Source: an uncultured virus (IMG/VR IMGVR_UViG_3300028630_000295) (lineage: Duplodnaviria > Heunggongvirae > Uroviricota > Caudoviricetes). Taken from it: a DNA stretch of 20,000 bases. The notes below the pieces were generated by a model. It was not told the DNA's origin. It did not search any database and saw only the letters and a list, made by a program, of their open reading frames with translations. The DNA lies in the IMG/VR virus record IMGVR_UViG_3300028630_000295, one strand, 5' to 3'. The position numbers and the translations under genes were made by a program. This document shows, piece by piece, positions 8,182-15,893 of this stretch; the stretch's first letter is position 1, and the number at the start of each line of letters is the position of its first letter.

Positions 8182-9066
8182 TTGTACGGTAGTATTTCCC
8201 TTATTGGTTTAGGATCACTTGGTAGTTTTTTAGCTAGAACCCTCGTAGATGCAAGTCGTCATTTGAGAGAACTTATCTTGATAGATTATGATATAGTATC
8301 AGAAGATAATTTAGAGAGAAGTTTATACGATATAAATGATATAGGAAAATTGAAAATAGATGCCCTATTTGATAAAATAAGAAATTATAAACCAAGTTTA
8401 TCAGTTCAAAAACTTGCGACTAGATTAATTTCTGGATCACCACTTCCAATATGCGACTTACATATTGACTGTAGAGATTTTCATTATAATTCAATTGAAA
8501 ATGTACCAATGATAAGAACTTATATTTCTTCTGGAAAACTAGTTGTAGATTGTAGGGATAATATTAAACACCAACGAAATATAGAAGGTTCTTACTCAAC
8601 GGTAGTTTTGAAACACCATCTTTTATATGCTTCAACAATTATAGCAAATTTGATTGACACAGGAAATATTAAAAAATTAATTGACAAAAAATTAGTTCAA
8701 ATTTTTGAACTAGATTACCTCGAAAAGAAAATAGAAGATAAACTCAATAGAGTAGAAAATATGCCAGATGTGATTTATGACTCAGAATTTGATAGTCAGA
8801 AATTATTGAACTTATTAGAATATTCTCAACCAATTATCTCTTCAAATAAAAACTCTCCTATTACAGTATATGTTGGTGGTCGAAATAGACCAACAGTTAA
8901 AGAAACAATTCCCCCAAATAGATTGTGTGATTTTAGTGACTTAATATCCTGTTTGTCACCATTAACACAATTGAGATTTTCTAGTAATTACTATATTGTG
9001 ATATTTAGTCCAATTACACCACATGGTCCTATCATTGAGTTAATTCCAGACGATGGTTCAGCGTAG
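8182..9066 (+). CDS. Second, divergent ThiF/E1-like adenylation-domain protein with unknown C-terminal domain
   Basis: ISLIGLGSLGS, LILIDYDIVSEDNLERSLY, DIGKLKIDAL, DLHIDCRD. TTG 8182 lies 7 nt after GGAGGG and is preferred over 8167. Confidence 0.8.
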   Translation: MYGSISLIGLGSLGSFLARTLVDASRHLRELILIDYDIVSEDNLERSLYDINDIGKLKIDALFDKIRNYKPSLSVQKLATRLISGSPLPICDLHIDCRDFHYNSIENVPMIRTYISSGKLVVDCRDNIKHQRNIEGSYSTVVLKHHLLYASTIIANLIDTGNIKKLIDKKLVQIFELDYLEKKIEDKLNRVENMPDVIYDSEFDSQKLLNLLEYSQPIISSNKNSPITVYVGGRNRPTVKETIPPNRLCDFSDLISCLSPLTQLRFSSNYYIVIFSPITPHGPIIELIPDDGSA

Positions 9067-9074
9067 GATTAATC

Positions 9075-9422
9075 ATGGAAAAAAAGATTTTAAATTTTAA
9101 AAAAATTATAGTTCCTACGAGGGTGGTTTATCAGAATTCTATTAGAATAATCACTCGAATTAATTTGGATTTTGTAATCAATGGATATTCTATTTATCTA
9201 GATGAAGAATCTAGATTAGAGAAAGTAATAGTCAACGGAAAACATCCGAATAGTAATCCAGATACAAATGAGTTCTGTATTCCGATTCCGTTTAAAAATA
9301 TGTTTAGAGTAACGAAAAGTTATAGGAAAAGGTTAGAAGGAATGATGGCAACTTTTAATATGAATGATTGTTATTTTTCTCCGTGGTATGCTTTCTCCTA
9401 TGATAAAGACTTTTATAACTAG
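9075..9422 (+). CDS. Hypothetical protein with HPN-x8-C motif, possible minimal E2/UBC-like protein
   Basis: KHPNSNPDTNEFCIP (His57, Cys68) followed by a predicted helix. Starts 8 nt after the second E1-like gene. The ORF is secure and the function is tentative. Confidence 0.45.
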   Translation: MEKKILNFKKIIVPTRVVYQNSIRIITRINLDFVINGYSIYLDEESRLEKVIVNGKHPNSNPDTNEFCIPIPFKNMFRVTKSYRKRLEGMMATFNMNDCYFSPWYAFSYDKDFYN

Positions 9423-9430
9423 GAGGAAAT

Positions 9431-9646
9431 ATGTCTGTTAAGCATAGAAATCAGATTTTGGACACAATTGAAAACTTGGTAAGTGATCTTAAACAACCAG
9501 TAGAAAAAGCATTTCAAAGTTTAACTAATATTGTTCTAGATTTTAATCATGAAAGACTAATAAGAGCAATTGAAAAAAGAAAAACTCCAGAGCAACCACA
9601 AAAACCAAGTGATGTTATTATTGATATTAAGGAGATTAAGGAATGA
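9431..9646 (+). CDS. Hypothetical small helical protein
   Basis: AGGAGG RBS and ATGA overlap with the next ORF. Confidence 0.65.
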   Translation: MSVKHRNQILDTIENLVSDLKQPVEKAFQSLTNIVLDFNHERLIRAIEKRKTPEQPQKPSDVIIDIKEIKE

Positions 9647-9861
9647 AAACTGGTAAACTTCTTGGTGAGCAACTTCAACAAGAAATAATTGATTTAGTTA
9701 ATGAAACAGCTCAAAAAGCAAATAGAGATATTACAAAAACAGAACTAAAACAGATTATCAAGGAGGTGATGCCCAATATTGAAGCAATGATTGCCAAGAA
9801 TGTAAAACAACATCTAAGATCTATAGCTGTTAATATATTAGAAAATACATCAGAGGAGTAA
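9643..9861 (+). CDS. Hypothetical small helical protein
   Basis: AAGGAG upstream. Ends 4 nt before the beta' start. Confidence 0.65.
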   Translation: MKTGKLLGEQLQQEIIDLVNETAQKANRDITKTELKQIIKEVMPNIEAMIAKNVKQHLRSIAVNILENTSEE

Positions 9862-9865
9862 AAAC

Positions 9866-12565
9866 ATGCCTTCATTGTTGGATCAAAACAAATTCGTTGA
9901 GGATTTGCCGGAAGTTTCTTCTGTATCAATTATGAGCAAAAGAAAGTTCCATCCAGAAGGACTTTTCTCTGAGCAGATTTTTGGACCTCTCAAAAATTAT
10001 ACATGCCAATGTGGAGTATATTATGGTTCTTCTAAATCAGGTGGGAAGTGCAAAACTTGCCAGGTTGATATAGTGAATAACAATGAGAGGAGAAAAAGGT
10101 TTGCTAAGATTAGACTTCCTATTCCTGTAGTTAATCCAATCTTTTATGATCTCATTGTTAGTATTGGTGGGAATAACTTAAAGGCTACGATTGACACATT
10201 GATGAAAAAAGACGATGTTAGTCTTTATAAGGATGGAAATGATTATGTATGCGTAGACGATAAATTAGTTCCTCCAAAAGTTAAAAAATGGGAAACATTA
10301 GAAGCAATCAATGAACTTATTACTGGAATTACAAAAGAAAATGTTAAAGGTGGGAATAAAAATTGGAAAATTATTCAAGATAATTTAGATAAACTATTTC
10401 TAAATTATGTTATTGTTCTCCCACCTGATTTGAGACCAGCAGCAAAAGGGATTGAAAAGAACAGTCAGGTAGTAGATAAAATTAATAGATATTATATGCA
10501 AATACTAACTAAAAAAGAAATAATGAAAGAAACTATTATTAATGTAACCAATAATAAACAATTATTTTATACTTATTTTAAGCAGTTACAAAAAGATGTA
10601 AACGAATTATATGAGCATATTATTGAAAAGCTATCTAAAAAAGAAGGCTTAATCAGGGGAAATATTCTTGGAAAGAGAATTGACTTTTCTGGTCGAGCAG
10701 TTATCATTCCAGATCCAACCCTATCTTTAGATGAATGTTGTTTACCATATATTATGGTTCTGGAATTGTTCAAGTTAAAAATCTCCAAAATTTTGATTGA
10801 GCTTGGAAAATTTAAACTTCTTAATGATGCTGTTGATTATATTGACAAGTGTATTGAATATAAAATTCCGGCTCTATACAAAATTGCAGAAGAAGCAATT
10901 TATGACGAAGTTTGTTTATTGAATAGACAACCATCTCTGCATAGATTGAGCATGGTTGGTTTCAAAATTAAGATGTCAGTGGATAATGTTATTAAAATTC
11001 ACCCATTGGTTTGCTCTGGATTTAACGCAGACTTCGATGGAGATCAGATGGCTGTTTATATTCCAGTATCTGAAGAAGCTAAAGAAGAACTCAGACAAAA
11101 ATTTCTATCAACAAAAAATCTTACAAATCCAGCAAACGAGAGTTTAACTACAACTCCAAGTCAGGATATTGTTCTTGGGATATATACATTGACATCTCAT
11201 AGATTTAAAGAATTAGAAGGTAAAGTAGAATATAAAGGAAAAGAAATTACAGAAGCACAAAAAATATTTAATGAAGCACTACCAGAATCTTATCCAATTA
11301 TTGATTATGTTGTTGGAAAAAAGGAATTGATTTCAATTCTAAATGATATAAAAGATAATTATTCAGAAGAAATAACAAAGACAGTTTTAGATGAAATTAA
11401 ATGGAGAGGGTTTAAATACTCGACTTTATTTGGTTCAACTCTATCTCTAGATGCTTGTAGAATTGAGAACTCTAAAAAAGTAAGGAACTCTCTGTATGAA
11501 GGAGATAATATTCTTACTCAGTTAGAAAAAGTTTCTAGTGACGAACTAGAAACTATCCTCAAAAATAACTTTAGTTATTCTTATCTTATAACATCTGGAG
11601 CAAGAGGTAGTTGGGAACAAGTAAGGCAGATCGTTATGACCAGAGGTTTTATTTCTAACTTCAGAGGTCAAATTTTAGCAACTCCTATTAAACACAGTCT
11701 CTTAGATGGTTTAACTCAAGAAGAGTTTTTCCTTTCAACTTATGGTTGTAGAAAAGGTCTCCTAGACGTTTCGTTGAATACTGGAGCATCAGGATATCTT
11801 TCAAGGAAATTGAATTTCACTTGTGCTAATCTTCAAATTCACGAATCTCTAGATGATTGTGGAACGAAGGATCTTCTTGAAGTTTATGTTAATGACAAGA
11901 AGAAAGCGAGAATGTTAGTCAATAGATGGTGTATGCTTCCCACTAAAAAATTGGTATTAATTACACAACAGAATTATGAAGCCTTAATTGGAAAAACAAT
12001 TATGATTAGAAGCCCAATCTTCTGTAAGAGTGAGCAAGTATGTCATAAATGTTATGGTGAGTTATTTAGATCCCTTCATAGTAGATTTGTTGGAATAATT
12101 GCTGCCCAATCTTTAGGGGAATGCAATACACAGTTGATTCTAAGAACTTTCCATACATCTGGTGTAGCAAAAGTTAATAAAGGTGAAGAAGAAATGAAGC
12201 AGATGGACATTGTTAGTGATTTAGATAGTGTCAGTAAGCTTCTACATTTACGAAAGAGTAAAGAGTATAAAGAATTAGTATCTGATTTATATAAAGTTTA
12301 TAACTCAAATAGAGATATCTATCATGTTCATTTTGAATGTGTAGTGTCTCAGATGATGTGGAAAGGAAACACCAAATGGAGACTTCTTGAACACAGAGAT
12401 AAAATTGTTCCTGAATATCACAGTGTTCAATCAGTTCCCAGTAAAGAGAGTTGGTTATTGGGTCTTGGATTCTCAAACCCGAAACGACACATTTTAAAGG
12501 GAATTGTTCATGGTGGTCTCTATAGTGGAATTATGGATAAAATACTTTGTGGAGAAAAGTTATGA
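9866..12565 (+). CDS. rpoC: DNA-directed RNA polymerase beta' subunit, compact and divergent bacterial type (899 aa)
   Basis: GLFSEQIFGP, CQCG...CKTC zinc site, VLPPDLRP, KEGLIRGNILGKRIDFSGRAVI, LLNRQPSLHR, catalytic NADFDGDQM (~11024-11050), SGARG, bridge helix RKGLLD...SGYLSRKL, DCGT, RSPIFC...CHKCYG, trigger loop GIIAAQSLGE..TQL.LRTFH. Confidence 0.97.
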   Translation: MPSLLDQNKFVEDLPEVSSVSIMSKRKFHPEGLFSEQIFGPLKNYTCQCGVYYGSSKSGGKCKTCQVDIVNNNERRKRFAKIRLPIPVVNPIFYDLIVSIGGNNLKATIDTLMKKDDVSLYKDGNDYVCVDDKLVPPKVKKWETLEAINELITGITKENVKGGNKNWKIIQDNLDKLFLNYVIVLPPDLRPAAKGIEKNSQVVDKINRYYMQILTKKEIMKETIINVTNNKQLFYTYFKQLQKDVNELYEHIIEKLSKKEGLIRGNILGKRIDFSGRAVIIPDPTLSLDECCLPYIMVLELFKLKISKILIELGKFKLLNDAVDYIDKCIEYKIPALYKIAEEAIYDEVCLLNRQPSLHRLSMVGFKIKMSVDNVIKIHPLVCSGFNADFDGDQMAVYIPVSEEAKEELRQKFLSTKNLTNPANESLTTTPSQDIVLGIYTLTSHRFKELEGKVEYKGKEITEAQKIFNEALPESYPIIDYVVGKKELISILNDIKDNYSEEITKTVLDEIKWRGFKYSTLFGSTLSLDACRIENSKKVRNSLYEGDNILTQLEKVSSDELETILKNNFSYSYLITSGARGSWEQVRQIVMTRGFISNFRGQILATPIKHSLLDGLTQEEFFLSTYGCRKGLLDVSLNTGASGYLSRKLNFTCANLQIHESLDDCGTKDLLEVYVNDKKKARMLVNRWCMLPTKKLVLITQQNYEALIGKTIMIRSPIFCKSEQVCHKCYGELFRSLHSRFVGIIAAQSLGECNTQLILRTFHTSGVAKVNKGEEEMKQMDIVSDLDSVSKLLHLRKSKEYKELVSDLYKVYNSNRDIYHVHFECVVSQMMWKGNTKWRLLEHRDKIVPEYHSVQSVPSKESWLLGLGFSNPKRHILKGIVHGGLYSGIMDKILCGEKL

Positions 12566-12801
12566 GGAAAAAAATACCACATAACGACATAAATTATATC
12601 AAGTATCAAGCTGACCAGTTAGAAAATACAGTAAAACAAAGGTCACATCAGAGAAGAGCTCTTATTAGATTTATAAAAGCTAATAGATCCCATCTTAGAT
12701 GGTGGGATAATTACATTTCAACAAGATGTGATACAACACTGGTAGAGAAGGCTAGAAGTGTAATAGCTTCAATGGAGGAAAAATCAAAAACTCCAAGCTA
12801 A
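12562..12801 (+). CDS. Hypothetical basic protein between the two RNAP subunit genes
   Basis: ATG 12562 overlaps the beta' stop (ATGA) with GGAG upstream. Fills the gap to the beta RBS. Confidence 0.55.
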   Translation: MRKKIPHNDINYIKYQADQLENTVKQRSHQRRALIRFIKANRSHLRWWDNYISTRCDTTLVEKARSVIASMEEKSKTPS

Positions 12802-12816
12802 AAAGGAGGATTTCTC

Positions 12817-15800
12817 TTGGAAATCGTAAATCCTAAGTTTAAAGTAAACAGAGAAAATAATATATTTCTCATAAGAAAAAAAGAGTATCAGGAATTAGAA
12901 TCTCAAATAAGGGAGATTCTAAAACCAGCAGAAGAACTCGGATTTGCAGTTATGGAATTCGGGATTAAAGATTCAAGGACTTCTCCCGGAGAATTAGAGA
13001 AGTCCTTGAAAAAGAATTTGGTGATTAAACTACAAAAGGGAGCAGCTGAAATTGATTTGAGTATGTATATTCCAAGGTTGATTGATGATAATTATATCGT
13101 AATCAGCGGAAGGAAAAAGATACCCCAATTTCAGTTGTTTGATATTCCAATAGTTACGAGAGGAGAAACTATCAAGCTACGAACCAATGTAGCAAACATG
13201 ATTATTTCCAAGGAAAAAGATTTTCCATATATTCATCTCACAATCCTTGGAAAGAAAGTTCCCCTCTCAATATTAATGTTGGCATATTATGGTTTTGATA
13301 CGTTAAACAAAATGTATAGTTTAACATCAATGCCACCCATTGTCTTAGATAATAAATCAAGATTGATTGATTATCTAATGTTTGATTTGAAAGACTGGGC
13401 AGATGGGTATGATGGAGAGAAACAAGAGGATTATGTAAAAGAAATTGGAAGTAAATTTTCTAGTTATGATGCAAGGACCAAAGGAGAGGATTTAATTTAT
13501 TGTCTTGACTTGATTCCAAAAGTAGATATTATGTCTAAAAAGTTATTCAAGACACAAAATCTCATGGAAGAAATAGTCTATGCAATTAGTACAGATGGAA
13601 TTGATGATACTGATTATCAAAATAAGAGAATCAGATGTTTTGAGTATCTTATTTTGGGAAGGGTTGCTAAAGCTATATTTGATTTGTGTATGTCTAATCG
13701 AACAGCAAAGCAACCGAAGTTCAACATTAATTCCAATGCAATTCTCTCTGAATGTAATGTTTCAGACATCGTCCAGTTCGACTTTTCAATTAACCCAATT
13801 GATGAGTTGACAAAGTTGTCTAGAGCAAGTCTTTTAGGACCAGGAGGATTCAATAGAGAGAATGTTCCTGAATATCTAAGAGATGTTTGCCCTAGTATGT
13901 TTGGGAGAATATGCTCAGTTGATACTCCAGATAGAGATAACTGTGGTATTCTTCAGAATCTTCTTCCAAATGTTGATATGGATGATAATCTGAAATTTAC
14001 AGATCATACTTTAGATACAACTCCAATTTCAATCCCAGTTGCCATGGTTCCATTCTTAGAGCATGATGACCAGACAAGATTACAGATGTCATCATCTCAA
14101 ATGAGACAGGCAATCATGTTAACCAACTTCGATCAACCAATGATCCAGTCCGGGTGTGAAGGACTTTATACTGATTATACTCAATTTGTGAAAAGAGCGA
14201 AAAGAGATGGAGAAGTAATTTTCTTTGACCATCATTATCTAATTGTCGTCTATGACAATAAAGAGTTAGATATATTCAATGTTTCCCTTAGAAAAATCTA
14301 TGTGGATAACATGGATATGATGAAGGTCTATGTAAAACCTGGTGATAGATTTAAAGCTGGTGAGATTCTCGCAGAAAGCAATTATTGCACAGATGGGAAA
14401 ATTAATATTGGTAAAAATCTATTAACTGGAGTTATGATCTATTATGGAAAGAACTATGAAGATGGAATAGTTCTCTCTGATAGAGTAGTCAAAGAAAAAG
14501 TATTTACTTCTGTTCACTATACAGATCTTTCTTTTGTAGTTCCTCCTGATAAGGTTCTTCTGAGTTTAGCAAGTGATAAATATAAACCTCTTCCAGAGGT
14601 TAATTTATCAAAGTTAGAAAGGATTAATACTGCTGAATCCTATGCAGTTATGAAGGGAGTTCCGGAGGGTCCAATCGACTTTTGTTCAATCTTTGAAGAA
14701 CCAATTAAACTCACTGCGAAGCGTCCCATTTTGGTTACAGATGTAAATATCTATGCAAATAGATGGCATACTGGAGTGCCAGAATGGAACTCTTTTATTG
14801 AGAATAAAATTGAAGAACAGCAAAAGAGAGAGAAGAAACTTCAAGATGTAATAACAAAGAATTGTCCAAAGGAATTGGCAACACAATTAATCAAATTACA
14901 TGGACTAGATAAGTTCTCTAGTACAGGTAAATATAAGATTAAGGGTGAAGAAGTCAATGGTGTATATGTAGAGTTATATGGCATGTATGCTAGAGATATC
15001 CAACCTGGTGACAAAATTGCAAATAGGCATGGAAATAAAGGGGTTATTACTGAGATCATTCCCCATGAAAGTATGCCACAACTAGCAGATGGTCGTCATG
15101 TTGATATCTGTATCAATCCTCTCAGTATCATATCCAGAATGAATGTTGGTCAGTTATTTGAATTACATTTATCCAAGTCTCTTGAAGACTTAAAAACGAA
15201 ATTATTTAAGATGATAAAGGACGGGAAGGGTCAGAGAACTCTTCGAAAATATTTATTAGATTATATTGATATTATAGATAGAACAGAAGATAAATGGTAT
15301 TCAAAACAGTTTAAAGAACAACTGGGTGAGATAACAGAGGAGTTTGTAAATAGTCTGTGTTTGATTCAAGCACCATTTGAATCTGTCACGGACGATATGA
15401 TAAAGAACGCGATGGAATTTACCAACACCCCGTACCGGCAACCAGTCTACGATCCGATTTCAAAGACAACTTTGCAGGAAGAGATTGCAGTTGGATATCT
15501 ATACTTTTTCAGGATGGTTCATATAGCTGAAAGTAGATTAGCTGCAAGAGGAATTGGATCATATGCAAGAAGGACTCTGCAACCATTGGGAGGAAGAAAA
15601 AATCGTGGAGGTCAGAGATGTGGGGAAATGGAGACTGCATGTTTGATTGGTCACGATGCTCCAGTGAATTTATTTGAGTTCTTGACAACGAAGAGCGATT
15701 GCATTGACTTGAAAAATCAATACATTCGCCAGACGATGGAAACAGACTTCACGAAAGAACCTGAGGAACTTTCCATCGTGCCGGAGAGTGTTAAATTGTT

Positions 15801-15837
15801 GAACGCGTATATTACTGTAATCGGAATCAAACGTTAA
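12817..15837 (+). CDS. rpoB: DNA-directed RNA polymerase beta subunit, compact and divergent bacterial type (1006 aa)
   Basis: LGPGG, RDV...GRIC..DTP, VPFLEHDD..R..M...MRQA, GKNLL, NYEDGIVLS, GDKIANRHGNKGV, DICINPL.I.SRMNVGQLFE, QPLGGR..GGQRCGEME, VPESVKLL. TTG start after AGGAGG. Confidence 0.97.
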   Translation: MEIVNPKFKVNRENNIFLIRKKEYQELESQIREILKPAEELGFAVMEFGIKDSRTSPGELEKSLKKNLVIKLQKGAAEIDLSMYIPRLIDDNYIVISGRKKIPQFQLFDIPIVTRGETIKLRTNVANMIISKEKDFPYIHLTILGKKVPLSILMLAYYGFDTLNKMYSLTSMPPIVLDNKSRLIDYLMFDLKDWADGYDGEKQEDYVKEIGSKFSSYDARTKGEDLIYCLDLIPKVDIMSKKLFKTQNLMEEIVYAISTDGIDDTDYQNKRIRCFEYLILGRVAKAIFDLCMSNRTAKQPKFNINSNAILSECNVSDIVQFDFSINPIDELTKLSRASLLGPGGFNRENVPEYLRDVCPSMFGRICSVDTPDRDNCGILQNLLPNVDMDDNLKFTDHTLDTTPISIPVAMVPFLEHDDQTRLQMSSSQMRQAIMLTNFDQPMIQSGCEGLYTDYTQFVKRAKRDGEVIFFDHHYLIVVYDNKELDIFNVSLRKIYVDNMDMMKVYVKPGDRFKAGEILAESNYCTDGKINIGKNLLTGVMIYYGKNYEDGIVLSDRVVKEKVFTSVHYTDLSFVVPPDKVLLSLASDKYKPLPEVNLSKLERINTAESYAVMKGVPEGPIDFCSIFEEPIKLTAKRPILVTDVNIYANRWHTGVPEWNSFIENKIEEQQKREKKLQDVITKNCPKELATQLIKLHGLDKFSSTGKYKIKGEEVNGVYVELYGMYARDIQPGDKIANRHGNKGVITEIIPHESMPQLADGRHVDICINPLSIISRMNVGQLFELHLSKSLEDLKTKLFKMIKDGKGQRTLRKYLLDYIDIIDRTEDKWYSKQFKEQLGEITEEFVNSLCLIQAPFESVTDDMIKNAMEFTNTPYRQPVYDPISKTTLQEEIAVGYLYFFRMVHIAESRLAARGIGSYARRTLQPLGGRKNRGGQRCGEMETACLIGHDAPVNLFEFLTTKSDCIDLKNQYIRQTMETDFTKEPEELSIVPESVKLLNAYITVIGIKR

Positions 15838-15893
15838 TAAAAAGGGGGTAGATGAAATAGTCTACCCCCTCAATAGGAGAGAAGAATTAGATG
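15628..15893 (+). repeat. Direct repeat copy 1: last 69 codons of rpoB, hairpin, RBS and start codon
   Basis: Colinear without gaps with 18367-18576 over 210 nt (57/69 aa identical by hand count), followed by the same AGGGGGTAGA/TCTACCCCCT-CAA hairpin, AGGAGA and TAGATG. Confidence 0.95.
15843..15870. terminator. Stem-loop AGGGGGTAGA-N8-TCTACCCCCT after rpoB
   Basis: Perfect 10-bp inverted repeat, preceded by an A-run (T-tract on the minus strand) with no T-tract on the plus strand. Confidence 0.7.

Noticed and set aside
10956..13810. Alternate-frame + strand ORFs 10956-11147 and 13580-13810
   Set aside because: Nested within conserved RNAP coding regions, with no motif support.
9866..15837. 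Host chromosomal rpoBC operon, or introns/inteins in the RNAP genes
   Set aside because: Order is inverted, subunits are reduced and no ribosomal-protein genes flank them. Both ORFs are continuous and shorter than cellular ones, leaving no room for inteins.
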